A stretch of 64,000 nt of DNA, from NCBI GenBank assembly GCA_963809895.1, contig CAWELD010000010.1:1056001-1120000 (forward strand), in the 5' to 3' direction. Below are positions 51,858 through 61,916 of the stretch, piece by piece. The notes under the pieces were generated by a model. The model had not been told where the DNA came from. It saw only the letters and a list, made by a program, of their open reading frames with translations, and made no database searches. A program made the translations under genes and the position numbers. This DNA is from an uncultured Gemmatimonadales bacterium. GTDB taxonomy: Bacteria > Gemmatimonadota > Gemmatimonadetes > Longimicrobiales > Gaopeijiaceae. The stretch's first letter is position 1. Every line of letters starts with the position of its first letter.

Positions 51858-52042
51858 GTGGCGGATATCCGGACCTGAGAAAACGACACCGCGAGAGCCA
51901 CATTTTCGGCATGCCCCTCGCGGTTGCCTCGAATGGACCTAAATTGGAGGGGGCACCACAGACCGTCTGTAGGGATAGGTTGGCGCGCGCCTGTGGGAGT
52001 TTCCTTGACACACCCTCCTGAACCACGACGAGCGGCTCGGCT

Positions 52043-53071
52043 GTGACCAACGAGTACTATCGCGCGATCTTCGACTTTTCTCCCGACGGCATCCTGGTCG
52101 TGGACGACGACGGGATCATATGCCGTGTGAACCCGCGCGCCGAGGAGCTCTTCGGCTTCGAGCCCGGGGCGCTGGCGGGTCAGTCCGTCGAGATGCTGGT
52201 GCCCGACGCGCTGCGACCGGGTCATGTGCAGCACCGCAAGGCCTACGTCGCCGACTCGGCTCGCCGGCCCATGGGAATCGGGCTCGAGCTTCGTGCGCGC
52301 CGCTCCGACGGCACGGAGTTCCCGGTGGAGATCTCCCTGAGCCCGGTGGACACCGAGGACGGGCGCCACACGTTGGCCACTGTGCGCGACGTCACGCAGC
52401 GCAAGCGCCTGCGGGACTTCGGTGCCGGCGCCTTGCGGGCGTCGGAAGACGAACGCGCGCGCATCGCACGAGAGCTTCACGACGACACGGCGCAGCGTCT
52501 CGCCACCACGCTGTTGAGGCTTCGCATCCTGGAGCGCATGGTGGAGGGTGAGGAGCGCCTGGAGGTCATCGAGGAACTCCGCGACTCGCTCCAGCAGACC
52601 GCGGAGGGCGTGAGGCGCATCGCCCGTGGGCTGCGGCCGCCGGAGCTTCAGGACGCCGGTCTCACCACGGCTCTGCGGTCCTACGCGCGCAGCCTGCTGG
52701 ACGGTCGAGGCCTCAAGGTCGACCTTGACGTCGAGCCCGTCGACGAGTACCTGACGGCCGATGGGAAGCTGGTGGTCTATCGCGTCGTGCAGGAGGCGCT
52801 CAACAACGTTTCGCGCCATGCCGACGCCAGTGCGGCCCGGGTCCTCCTCCGGAAGTCCGGAGGCCACATCGTCGCCGAGGTCGAGGATGAAGGGCGTGGC
52901 TTCTCGCCCCACCGGGTCCAGAACGACGGCGGCGGCCTCGGGCTGCTGGGAATGCAGGAGCGTGCAGCCATGGTGGGAGGATTGGTTACCGTGGATTCCA
53001 GGCCCGGCGAAGGCACCCGCGTGGTGATCCGGGTCCCTGTGGAGATCGAGAGAGAGGTGGAGCGTGTCTGA
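52043..53071 (+). CDS. Cytoplasmic PAS-domain HisKA_3 sensor kinase
   Basis: PAS (VEMLVP..H..H..Y..RPMG..DGTEFPVEISLS); ERARIARELHD; QEALNN. Confidence 0.9.
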   Translation: MTNEYYRAIFDFSPDGILVVDDDGIICRVNPRAEELFGFEPGALAGQSVEMLVPDALRPGHVQHRKAYVADSARRPMGIGLELRARRSDGTEFPVEISLSPVDTEDGRHTLATVRDVTQRKRLRDFGAGALRASEDERARIARELHDDTAQRLATTLLRLRILERMVEGEERLEVIEELRDSLQQTAEGVRRIARGLRPPELQDAGLTTALRSYARSLLDGRGLKVDLDVEPVDEYLTADGKLVVYRVVQEALNNVSRHADASAARVLLRKSGGHIVAEVEDEGRGFSPHRVQNDGGGLGLLGMQERAAMVGGLVTVDSRPGEGTRVVIRVPVEIEREVERV

Positions 53072-53717
53072 GACCCGGATTCTTCTTGTCGACGACCACG
53101 CCATGTTCCGGGCGGGGATCAAGTCCCTGCTGGAGTCGGAGGAACGCCTGACCGTGATCGGTGAGGCGTCCACCGGTGACGAGGCCGTGGACCAGGTCCG
53201 GGCGCTCAAGCCCGACGTGGTGGTGATGGACCTCTCCATGCCCGGATCCAACGGGCTGGAGGCGACCCGCCGCATCGCGGCACTGGGCCTCGACACGCGG
53301 GTGCTGGTCCTCACCGTGCATGCCGAGGAGGAGTACCTGGTGCCCGTGGTGGAGGCCGGCGCCAGCGGATACCTGACCAAGACCAGCGCGGACCGTGACC
53401 TCATCGAGGCCATCAAGGTGGTCTCCCGCGGTGAGGTGTATCTGCCACCGAAGGCCACGCGGCTCCTGTTGCAGCAATACCGCTCGGCCGAGGCCAACCC
53501 CGATCTGGCCGATCTCCACGAGCTGAGCTCGCGGGAGCAGGAAGTGCTGGCTCTCACCGCAGAGGGCTTCAGCTCGCGAGAGATCGGCAAGAAGCTCTTC
53601 ATCTCGCCCAAGACCGTGGACACGTACCGGGCTCGCATCATGGAGAAACTGAGCCTGAACCACCGATCCGAGTTGGTGCGCTTCGCCCTGCGCGTGGGCC
53701 TTCTGAAGGAGATGTAA
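53064..53717 (+). CDS. NarL/FixJ-family response regulator
   Basis: LVDDH, MDLSMP, LSSREQEVL, ISPKTVDTYR. Confidence 0.93.
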   Translation: MSETRILLVDDHAMFRAGIKSLLESEERLTVIGEASTGDEAVDQVRALKPDVVVMDLSMPGSNGLEATRRIAALGLDTRVLVLTVHAEEEYLVPVVEAGASGYLTKTSADRDLIEAIKVVSRGEVYLPPKATRLLLQQYRSAEANPDLADLHELSSREQEVLALTAEGFSSREIGKKLFISPKTVDTYRARIMEKLSLNHRSELVRFALRVGLLKEM

Positions 53718-53871
53718 CCCCCGCCGCGCCTCCGGCTGTGGGGGTCCTCCCCACACGAATCGTGGCACCCTTCCTGACAGAGCGCCGCTTTCCGCGGCCG
53801 TAGTATTGGGGCCGTCATGGGTACCGCCCACCGAGCGGGGCGAGGCCCGACCCTCCCGGACCCCACGACGC

Positions 53872-54582
53872 ATGCTCGCCTCTCTCAGCGCCGCCTTTCT
53901 TGCCGGCTTCGTCGGCAGTCCTCACTGCATGGGCATGTGCGGAGGTTTCGCCGTTGCGTGCGGTGGAGCCCGTCGTGGGCTCGCCTGGCACGCGGGGCGC
54001 ATCACCACCTACGCCCTGCTGGGCGCCGCCGCCGGGGCTTTCGGCCGCGTGCTTCCAGGACCGACCTGGGTGGCCACCGTCGTTTCCGTCGCCCTGTTGG
54101 TGTGGTTCGCGGCCGCCCTGGCGGGCCTGGTTCGTGAGCCGGCGCTGAAGATTCCCGGGCTCGGGCGGCTCATGGCCCGGGCTTCCGGCGACGCCGGGGC
54201 CGGCTCCCGGGTGGTCATGGGACTGGCCACGGGCCTGCTCCCCTGCGGGTTGCTGTACGCCGCGCTGGCGTTGCCCGTGGCATCGGGAAGCGCCGTCGTC
54301 GGGGCCTCGGCCATGGTGGCGTTCGGGCTCGGCACGGCTCCGGCGCTCGTGGCGCTCACCCTGGGCGCCCGCCAGGTGATCCTCCGCGACCTGCGTGTCC
54401 GTCGGCTCATGGCCGCGGGCGTCCTGGTGCTGGGGCTCGTGTCCATGGGCATGCGCCAGGGCGCGACGGCTGGAATGGACCACGGCGCGGGGCACGAAGG
54501 CCCCGCGACTTCGCAGGTGACCCCGGACCTCCCGGCGTCGCCGACTTCGCTTCCCGCCCCGGCCCACGCGTCCGGCGGCTGA
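53872..54582 (+). CDS. DsbD_2 / TauE-like membrane protein associated with cbb3 assembly
   Basis: GSPHCMGMCGG, GRITTY, GLLPCGLLY, FGLGT. Confidence 0.82.
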   Translation: MLASLSAAFLAGFVGSPHCMGMCGGFAVACGGARRGLAWHAGRITTYALLGAAAGAFGRVLPGPTWVATVVSVALLVWFAAALAGLVREPALKIPGLGRLMARASGDAGAGSRVVMGLATGLLPCGLLYAALALPVASGSAVVGASAMVAFGLGTAPALVALTLGARQVILRDLRVRRLMAAGVLVLGLVSMGMRQGATAGMDHGAGHEGPATSQVTPDLPASPTSLPAPAHASGG

Positions 54583-54615
54583 GGGTCCCCTCTCCTTCTT
54601 CTCCGAGGAACGCCA

Positions 54616-56079
54616 ATGGCTCTCGACGCGACCGCCCCCCGGCCCGCCGGGGAGGCCACCGCCACGGCGGCCACGCCGAACTACGACGACGCGGTGGTGA
54701 AGATGTTCTTCACCGCCACCGTCGTCTGGGCTCTCGTGGGCATGCTCGTGGGCGTGATCATCGCCCTGCAGCTCGCCTGGTGGCCCGCCAATCTCGGCCT
54801 GCCCTGGACGACCTTCGGCCGTCTGCGCCCCCTGCACACCAACGCGGTGATCTTCGCGTTCGCCGGCAACGTGTGCTTCACCGGCATCTACCACTCGACG
54901 CAGCGACTCCTGAAGACGCGCATGTTCAGCGACGTGCTCTCCAGGATCCATTTCTGGGGATGGCAGACGATCATCGTGGGGGCCGCCATCACGCTGCCCC
55001 TCGGGATGACGCAGTCCAAGGAATACGCCGAGCTGATCTGGCCCATCGACGTGGCCATCACGCTGGTGTGGGTGGTTTTCGCCGTGAACTTCTTCGGCAC
55101 CCTGGCCATCCGGAAGGTGAAGCACCTGTACGTGGCGCTGTGGTTCTACATGTCGTTCGTCATCACCATCGCGGTGCTCCACATCGTGAACAGCCTGGCG
55201 ATCCCGGCTACGCTCTTCCGCTCGTATCCGATCTACGCCGGGCTCACCGACGCGCTGGTGCAGTGGTGGTACGGGCACAACGCGGTGGGCTTCTTCCTGA
55301 CCACGCCGTTCCTGGGGCTGATGTACTACTACCTGCCCCGGGCGGCGGAGCGCCCCGTCTACAGCTACCGGCTCTCCATCATCCACTTCTGGGGACTGGT
55401 GTTCCTGTACATCTGGGCCGGACCGCACCACCTGCTCTATTCGGCGTTGCCGGAATGGGCGCAGACGCTGGGCATGGTGTTCAGCATCATGCTGCTGGCG
55501 CCGTCGTGGGGCGGCATGCTCAACGGGCTCCTCACGCTCAAGGGAGCCTGGAACAAGCTCCGCACCGACCCGGTGCTCAAGTTCATGGTGGTGGCCGTGA
55601 GCTTCTACGGCATGAGCACCTTCGAAGGGCCCATGATGTCGATCCGGGCCGTGAACGGGCTGGCTCACTACACCAACTGGGTGATCGGCCACGTGCATTC
55701 CGGTGCCCTGGGCTGGGTGGGGATGATCTCCTTCGGGATGCTGTACTGGCTGGCGCCACGGCTCTTCAACAAGCCGCTCGCCTATCCCAACGGGCCCACG
55801 CAGCACTTCTGGCTGGCCACCATCGGCATCGTGCTCTACACGGTGGCGATGTGGGCGGCGGGACTCATGGAGGGGCTCCAGTGGCGCGCCATCAACGACA
55901 CGGGCCAGCTCGCCAACCCGATCTTCCTGGACATCGTCCACCGGCTGCAGCCCTTCCTCTGGCTGCGGGTGCTGGGCGGGGCCCTGTACCTCACCGGAGC
56001 GATCATGATGGCGGTGAACTTCTGGAAGACCATCCGCGGACCCGAGCGCCCGGCCGAGGCCGTGGCGGCAACGGCGTGA
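54616..56079 (+). CDS. ccoN: cbb3-type cytochrome c oxidase subunit I
   Basis: [33 protein letters not shown]. Confidence 0.97.
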   Translation: MALDATAPRPAGEATATAATPNYDDAVVKMFFTATVVWALVGMLVGVIIALQLAWWPANLGLPWTTFGRLRPLHTNAVIFAFAGNVCFTGIYHSTQRLLKTRMFSDVLSRIHFWGWQTIIVGAAITLPLGMTQSKEYAELIWPIDVAITLVWVVFAVNFFGTLAIRKVKHLYVALWFYMSFVITIAVLHIVNSLAIPATLFRSYPIYAGLTDALVQWWYGHNAVGFFLTTPFLGLMYYYLPRAAERPVYSYRLSIIHFWGLVFLYIWAGPHHLLYSALPEWAQTLGMVFSIMLLAPSWGGMLNGLLTLKGAWNKLRTDPVLKFMVVAVSFYGMSTFEGPMMSIRAVNGLAHYTNWVIGHVHSGALGWVGMISFGMLYWLAPRLFNKPLAYPNGPTQHFWLATIGIVLYTVAMWAAGLMEGLQWRAINDTGQLANPIFLDIVHRLQPFLWLRVLGGALYLTGAIMMAVNFWKTIRGPERPAEAVAATA

Positions 56080-56091
56080 GGGGAGGATACC

Positions 56092-56886
56092 ATGGCTGAC
56101 AACAACCAGACGCACGAGTCCGAGAAGGCCTACGGCCGCATCCACCGACGCATCTTCGAGGGAAAAGCGGCGGTCTTCGCCGTGGCCACCACGGTGGCGA
56201 TCTCCATCGGTGGGCTCGTGGAGATCACTCCGATGTTCACCGCGACCCTGGGGCCGGAGCGCTCGGAGGCGGTGACGCCGTACACGCCCCTCGAGGTGGC
56301 CGGGCGCGACATCTACATCCGCGAGGGCTGCTACCTGTGCCACTCGCAGATGGTGCGGCCCATGCGCGCCGAGATCCTGCGCTACGGGGAATGGACGCGG
56401 GCGTGGGAGTATGCCTACGACCGCCCCTTCCTGTTGGGCTCGCGCCGCATCGGGCCCGATCTGCAGCGCGTCGGCGGCAAGTATCCCGACGCGTGGCACT
56501 ACGAGCACATGCGCGATCCCCGCTCCGTATCGCCGGGCAGCATCATGCCACCCTATCCGTGGCTCCTGAAGTGGACTGTGGACCCGGCGGACATCACCGC
56601 GTCGGTGCGGGCACTGAGCAAGGTGGGCACACCCTACGAGAGCACCGATCAGGAATGGGTCGCGGCCCAGCTCCAGTCGCAGGGGCAGGGCATCGTGACC
56701 GCGCTGTCGCAGACGGGTATCGAGACCACCTGGGACCGGGAGATCGTGGCCCTCATCGCCTATCTGCAGCGGCTCGGCGTGGACGGCAAGCGCATCCTGC
56801 AGGAGCAGGAGCGGGCCCAGGGCGGAGCCACCGCTTCGGCCACCACGCCGGCGGACGCTGGCGCCGGCCCGGAGGGAACCCCGTGA
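56092..56886 (+). CDS. ccoO: cbb3 oxidase subunit II
   Basis: GRDIYIREGCYLCHSQMVRP; GPDL.RVG. Confidence 0.96.
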   Translation: MADNNQTHESEKAYGRIHRRIFEGKAAVFAVATTVAISIGGLVEITPMFTATLGPERSEAVTPYTPLEVAGRDIYIREGCYLCHSQMVRPMRAEILRYGEWTRAWEYAYDRPFLLGSRRIGPDLQRVGGKYPDAWHYEHMRDPRSVSPGSIMPPYPWLLKWTVDPADITASVRALSKVGTPYESTDQEWVAAQLQSQGQGIVTALSQTGIETTWDREIVALIAYLQRLGVDGKRILQEQERAQGGATASATTPADAGAGPEGTP

Positions 56887-57062
56887 ATCCTCTCCTTCGC
56901 GAGGCCGCCGGCTCGGTGGAGATGGGCTGGCTGCTGGGCCTCATGACGCTGGTGTTCCTGGCCTTCTTCATCGGTTGGGCCTGGTGGGCGTATTCGCCCA
57001 AGCACAGGGAGATCATGGAAGAGGCATCGCGCATGCCGTTCACGGATGGAGGAGCAGAGTGA
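56883..57062 (+). CDS. ccoQ: cbb3 oxidase small subunit
   Basis: Single TM..WAYSPK..EEASRMPF; overlaps both neighbours. Confidence 0.82.
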   Translation: MNPLLREAAGSVEMGWLLGLMTLVFLAFFIGWAWWAYSPKHREIMEEASRMPFTDGGAE

Positions 57063-57727
57063 GCAAGGAAACCAACCGGCTCATGGGCCACGCCGACGAG
57101 GCGGACGGCATCGAGGAATACGACAACCCCTTGCCGGACTGGTGGCTGGGCCTGTTCTGGTTCACCATCGTCTGGGCCATCGGCTACGGGGTCCATTACC
57201 ACTTCATCGCCCACCGCTCGCAGGTGAAGCACCTGGCGGCGGAGATGGCCGCGGCCGACGCTCGCTGGCCGGCGCAGCTACAGGCCAACGTGTCGTTCGC
57301 GTTCACGCCCGAGGCGATCCAGGCCGGGGAACAGGTGTTCGCCCAGAACTGCGCCCCCTGCCACGGGGCCGACCTCAAGGGCAACATCGGCCCGTCGTTC
57401 CTGGACGACGAGTGGCTGCACGGGGGCCAGGTGTCGCAGGTGCTGAACACCATCCGCCACGGTGTGCTGGACAAGGGTATGGTGGCATGGGAGGGGATCC
57501 TGAGCCCCGAGCAGATCAACGACGTGGCCGCGTACGTGCTCTCCAAGCACGCCGAGGCCACGGGGCGCTCGTACGAAGACATCCTGAAGCCGCCGGCGGA
57601 CAGCGCCGGAGCGGCCGGCGACAGTGCCGGCGTGGCGGGGGACAGCGCCGGAGTGGCCGGTGACACCGCCGCTGCGTCCGGAGGCGCCGCGGCAGGCGCT
57701 CGGTCCGGCGCCGACTCGGGCCGGTAA
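57059..57727 (+). CDS. ccoP: cbb3 oxidase subunit III (monoheme)
   Basis: DGIEEYDNPLPDWW; single CAPCH; KGMVAW. Confidence 0.9.
   Translation: MSKETNRLMGHADEADGIEEYDNPLPDWWLGLFWFTIVWAIGYGVHYHFIAHRSQVKHLAAEMAAADARWPAQLQANVSFAFTPEAIQAGEQVFAQNCAPCHGADLKGNIGPSFLDDEWLHGGQVSQVLNTIRHGVLDKGMVAWEGILSPEQINDVAAYVLSKHAEATGRSYEDILKPPADSAGAAGDSAGVAGDSAGVAGDTAAASGGAAAGARSGADSGR
57599..57682 (+). repeat. Four imperfect 21-bp tandem repeats in ccoP tail
   Basis: Encode DSAGAAG/DSAGVAG/DSAGVAG/DTAAASG. Confidence 0.75.
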
Positions 57728-57757
57728 CCGCCGGATCCGGAGGGGGTAGCAGAGATC

Positions 57758-59107
57758 ATGTTGGGATTCAGCCGCACCCGCGAGTGGGTCTATCCCCAGT
57801 CCATCCAGGGGAGCTTCATGACGCTCCGCCGGTGGACCTTCGCGGGATTGCACGTGGTGCTCTTCGTAGCGCCGTGGCTCATGGTGGCGGGGCATCCGGC
57901 CGTACAGATCGATCTGCCCCACCGGCGGATCTTCCTGTTCGGTGCCATCTTCAGCGCCGCCGACACGATCTTCCTGCTCCTTCTCCTCCTCTTCCTGGCC
58001 TTCAGCCTCTTCTTCTTCACGGCGGTGTTCGGGCGGGTCTGGTGCGGCTACGCCTGCCCCCAGACGGTCTTCCTGGAGAGCTGGATCCGTCCGCTGGAGC
58101 TCTGGATCGAGGGAGACCGGACCCGCCGGCGCCGGCGCGACGCCGGCAGTTGGACCTTCGACCGTGTGTGGAGAAAAGCCGCCAAATGGGGCGCATTTCT
58201 CTTCGTGGCCGGCATGCTGGCCATGTCCATGGTCAGTCTGTTCGCCGGGGCCCGACCGCTGTGGAGTGGGCAGGCCAGCGGGACCTCGTACGTCTTCGTG
58301 GCGATCTTCACCGCCATGTGGATGGTGGACTTCGTGTGGTTCCGGGAGCAGTTCTGCAACTTCCTGTGTCCCTACGCCCGCTTCCAGAGCGCGCTCACCG
58401 ACGACGAGACCTTGCTGATCTCGTACGACGTGCCCCGGGGTGAGCCCCGCGGCAAGGGCAAGGCCGCGGCCGAAGCCGGCAACTGCATCTCGTGTCAGAA
58501 GTGCGTGGTGGTCTGCCCGCAGGGGATCGACATTCGCGAGGGGTTCCAGCTCGAGTGCATCCAGTGCGCGCGCTGCGTCGACGCGTGCACCAGCGTCATG
58601 GAGCCGCTGGGCCACGAGACGCTGGTGCGCTACAGCTCCATCGCCGCCGACGAGAGCCGTCTGCGGCGCACGCTGCGTCCGCGGACGGTCATCTACACGG
58701 GCCTGCTCACGGCGCTCACGGCCGCTTCGGCGATCCTGCTGTTCGGGCGGGTCCCCTTCGAGGCGTCGGTGAACCGTGCGCCGGGGTCGCTCTTCACGGT
58801 CGATGCCGACGGCTACGTCCGCAACACGTACCTGCTCAAGATCACCAGCAAGGACGTGACGCCCGGGCCCGTGGACTACCAGGTCCGCCTCGACGGCCTG
58901 GACGATGCCGAGGTGCTCACGGAACCGGTTCAACTCGCGTCCACCGAGACCCGGACCGTGCCTTTCGTGGTGCGGCTGCCGGCGGCCTCGGCCGACCGCC
59001 GCACCATTCCCTTCGACGTTCGCATCATCTCGCCGAGCGGGGAGCTGGTGCTCCCCACGACCTTCAAGACCGGAGCCGTGGAGGGAGCCCGTGGCGGTGC
59101 CTACTGA
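57758..59107 (+). CDS. ccoG: cbb3 accessory ferredoxin-type membrane protein
   Basis: GRVWCGYACPQT, CPYARFQ, CISCQKCVVVCP, CIQCARCVDAC. Confidence 0.93.
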   Translation: MLGFSRTREWVYPQSIQGSFMTLRRWTFAGLHVVLFVAPWLMVAGHPAVQIDLPHRRIFLFGAIFSAADTIFLLLLLLFLAFSLFFFTAVFGRVWCGYACPQTVFLESWIRPLELWIEGDRTRRRRRDAGSWTFDRVWRKAAKWGAFLFVAGMLAMSMVSLFAGARPLWSGQASGTSYVFVAIFTAMWMVDFVWFREQFCNFLCPYARFQSALTDDETLLISYDVPRGEPRGKGKAAAEAGNCISCQKCVVVCPQGIDIREGFQLECIQCARCVDACTSVMEPLGHETLVRYSSIAADESRLRRTLRPRTVIYTGLLTALTAASAILLFGRVPFEASVNRAPGSLFTVDADGYVRNTYLLKITSKDVTPGPVDYQVRLDGLDDAEVLTEPVQLASTETRTVPFVVRLPAASADRRTIPFDVRIISPSGELVLPTTFKTGAVEGARGGAY

Positions 59108-59273
59108 GTCGACGCCCCGGTCCGAGACGGACCCGGGGGACCGGAGTTGGATCTGGCCGGCGGCGATCATCGCCGGCCTGGCCCTCATGATCGCGGTGAA
59201 CGCTGCGTTCATCATCGTGGCCGTGCGCGGTGCGGACACGGTGGTGGAGTCGTACCAGACCGAGCCGCGGTGA
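59097..59273 (+). CDS. ccoH: Minimal CcoH/FixH-like peptide (TM anchor only)
   Basis: WP..I...L...VN..FI..A....D.V.ESY; located between ccoG and ccoI. Confidence 0.65.
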   Translation: MPTESTPRSETDPGDRSWIWPAAIIAGLALMIAVNAAFIIVAVRGADTVVESYQTEPR

Positions 59274-61666
59274 CGCCCGTGAGGCCGTCGGCTCCCGCCT
59301 CGGCCGCGGAGAACGCCGCGGCGCGCTGTCCCCACTGCGGCACGCCCGTAGAGGGACCCGACGACGCCTACTGCTGTACCGGCTGCGAGATGGCGGCCGC
59401 CATCATCCATGGTGCCGGGCTCGACCGGTACTACGCCGAGCGAGAGGCCTACGCGCCTCGGCCCGGTCCCCGCAGCGGCGGATGGGAGACGGTCCCGGTG
59501 GAGCGGGACGCAGACGGTACCTGCAGCGTACAGCTCATGGTCGACGGGCTCCGCTGCGCCTCCTGCGTGTGGGTGACCGAGAACGTGCTCCTGCGCACGC
59601 CGGGCGTGCGCGAGGCCCGGGTGAGCTACGCCACCGGACGGGCGACCCTGCGCTGGAATCCCGACGAAGTCCCGCTCGGCCGCCTGGCCGGCACCATCGC
59701 GGCGCTGGGCTACCGACCCCGGCTGCTCGGCGAGGAGTCACACCCCGACCGGGATCTGCTGCTGCGCCTGGGGGTCGCCTCCTTCGCCGCCGCCAACGTC
59801 ATGCTGCTGTCGGTGGCGCTGTACGCCGGCTGGTTCGGGGACATGGCGCCGCGCTTCGTGGCCCTCTTCCAGTGGGCGTCGCTGGCGTTGGCGACGCCCG
59901 TCGCCCTGTGGTCCGCCGCGCCCTTCTTCGTCGGGGCGTGGACGGGACTTCGTCACCGGGTCCTCCACATGGACCTGCCCATCGCTCTGGCCGTGGCCGT
60001 CCTCTACACGCAGGGCGTCGTGGTCACGCTCTCGGGGCGTGGGGACACCTACCTGGACTCGCTCACCATGTTGGTGGCTCTGTTGCTGGCCGGGCGGGTG
60101 CTGGAGGGACGCGGCCGTCGCCGCGCCGCCGAGGCCGCACTCTCGCTGGCAGCCGTGCTGCCGGCCACCGCTCGACGGCTCGCCGCCGACGGCAGCGTGG
60201 AGAGCGTGGCCACCGATGTGCTCGAGCCCGGCGATCAGGTGGTCGTGGGGTCGGGCGAGGAGATTCCGGCCGACGGGGTGATCGTGGAGGGCCGGGGCCT
60301 GGTGCGCCTGGCGCTGCTCACCGGTGAGGCCGAGCCCGTGTCCGTCACCGCCGGGGGGGCCACCTGGGCCGGCACCCTGCTGGAAGACGGAGCCCTGGTG
60401 ATCGACGTCTCGGTGCCCTCCGAGGACACCGCGGTGCGGGCCATGGCACGGGAGCTCGAGCGCTCGGCGGCCCGCCCCACCCGCCCCACCGTGGCCGACC
60501 GGCTCGCGCCCTGGTTCACCGGCCTGACGCTGCTCGTGGCCGCCGCGACCTTCGTGACCTGGCTCACGCTGGCCGGCGGACACCGCGCGCTGGAGGCGGC
60601 GATCGCCGTTCTGGTGGTGGCGTGCCCCTGCGCCCTGGCGTTGTCGCAGCCGCTGGCCGCGGCGGCGGGGCTGGGAGCGGCGGCGAGGCGAGGGCTGATC
60701 CTCCGGTCGGCCGACGCCCTCCTGGATCTGGCCGACGTGGACACGGTGGCACTGGACAAGACGGGCACCGTGACCGCGGGTGAGCTGACCGTGCTGTCGG
60801 CGGAGCCCGGGGCCCTGCGGGTGGCGGCAGGCCTGGAGCGGTTCAGCACGCACCCGGTGGCGAGAGCCATCACCGCGGCGGCGGCCCGGCGGGGGATTCC
60901 GCTTCCCCGGGCGGAAGACGTGCGCGAGACGCCGGGGCGGGGCATCGCCGGTCGGGTGGACGGCGACCTGTGGCGGTTGGAGCGTGGCGGTCCCGGTCGG
61001 GTCGACCTGGTAGGCGCCGACGGTCGTCGCCACGCCATTCGACTCGGGGACCGGGTGCGGATGGACTCCCGTAGCGCCGTCGAGGCCTTGCGAGACCTGG
61101 GGCTCCGCGTCGTGCTACTCACCGGCGACCATCCGGAGGTCGCGGACCGTATCGCCGCCGAAGCCGGCATCGCCCGGCGGCTCGCCGACATGAGTCCCGG
61201 GGACAAGTCGGCCTGGATCCGGGAGCGGCGCGCCGGAGGGTCCAGGGTGGCGTTCGCGGGTGACGGGTTGAACGACGGCCCGGCGCTGGCGGCCGCCGAC
61301 GTGGGGCTGGCCATGGGTACGGGGGCGGCGAGCTCGATCCTGGCCGCCGACGGCGTGCTGGCCGCGCCGTCGCTCACACCCGTCGTGGCGGCGGTGCGTG
61401 CGGCCCGGGCCGCGCGGCGCGCCGTGCGAGCCAATCTCCGACGATCGCTGGCCTACAACGTCCTCGCCGTGTCGGCGGCGGCGGCGGGCTGGGTGAATCC
61501 CCTGGTGGCGGCCGTCCTCATGCCGCTGTCCAGCGCCATGGTGATGTGGGGCGCTTCGCGCGTGGAGGTGGGCGTCCGAGGACCGGAGCGCGCGCGGGGT
61601 GCCTGGGATCATGAGCCCCGACGGCCCGCTCGGGCCGAGGCCGCGCCGTCGTCGGTGGCCGCATGA
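59270..61666 (+). CDS. ccoI: P1B-type Cu-transporting ATPase for cbb3 assembly
   Basis: CPHCG..CCTGC, CASC, TGE, CPCAL, DKTGT, GDGLND. Confidence 0.92.
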   Translation: MTPVRPSAPASAAENAAARCPHCGTPVEGPDDAYCCTGCEMAAAIIHGAGLDRYYAEREAYAPRPGPRSGGWETVPVERDADGTCSVQLMVDGLRCASCVWVTENVLLRTPGVREARVSYATGRATLRWNPDEVPLGRLAGTIAALGYRPRLLGEESHPDRDLLLRLGVASFAAANVMLLSVALYAGWFGDMAPRFVALFQWASLALATPVALWSAAPFFVGAWTGLRHRVLHMDLPIALAVAVLYTQGVVVTLSGRGDTYLDSLTMLVALLLAGRVLEGRGRRRAAEAALSLAAVLPATARRLAADGSVESVATDVLEPGDQVVVGSGEEIPADGVIVEGRGLVRLALLTGEAEPVSVTAGGATWAGTLLEDGALVIDVSVPSEDTAVRAMARELERSAARPTRPTVADRLAPWFTGLTLLVAAATFVTWLTLAGGHRALEAAIAVLVVACPCALALSQPLAAAAGLGAAARRGLILRSADALLDLADVDTVALDKTGTVTAGELTVLSAEPGALRVAAGLERFSTHPVARAITAAAARRGIPLPRAEDVRETPGRGIAGRVDGDLWRLERGGPGRVDLVGADGRRHAIRLGDRVRMDSRSAVEALRDLGLRVVLLTGDHPEVADRIAAEAGIARRLADMSPGDKSAWIRERRAGGSRVAFAGDGLNDGPALAAADVGLAMGTGAASSILAADGVLAAPSLTPVVAAVRAARAARRAVRANLRRSLAYNVLAVSAAAAGWVNPLVAAVLMPLSSAMVMWGASRVEVGVRGPERARGAWDHEPRRPARAEAAPSSVAA

Positions 61667-61803
61667 ACGCGGTCGCCTTCCTCCTGCCGGTGGCCATCTT
61701 CCTGGGCCTGATCTTCGTCGTGCTCTTCCTCCTGGCGGTGAAGGACGGCCAGTTCGACGATCTGGACGATCCCCCGCGCAGGGTCCTGAAGGACGACGAC
61801 TAG
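61663..61803 (+). CDS. ccoS: cbb3 maturation protein (46 aa), absent from ORF track
   Basis: MNAVAFLLPVAIFLG..AVKDGQFDDLDDPPRRVLKDD. Confidence 0.9.
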   Translation: MNAVAFLLPVAIFLGLIFVVLFLLAVKDGQFDDLDDPPRRVLKDDD

Positions 61804-61916
61804 CAGGTCGGCCGGCGGACGTGCCGAGGGGCTCGCGAAACGGGGGTCTCTTTCGCACCGTAGGGCGAACGAAGCGCCCTGTCGTTCTCTTGTCTGCCCT
61901 CGAACCGGATCGTGCC

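Noticed and set aside
51907..51921. CGGCATGCCCCTCGC as a sigma54 promoter for the PAS kinase
   Set aside because: Spacing fits, but the -12 element is poor and such matches are common at this GC content
57599..57682. Tandem repeats as a CRISPR array
   Set aside because: No spacers, in-frame coding repeats, no cas genes
61800..61810. CTAGCAGGTCG matching the left end of repeat copy 1
   Set aside because: Only 11 bp, with no partner inverted repeat or internal module; chance or unrecognisable remnant
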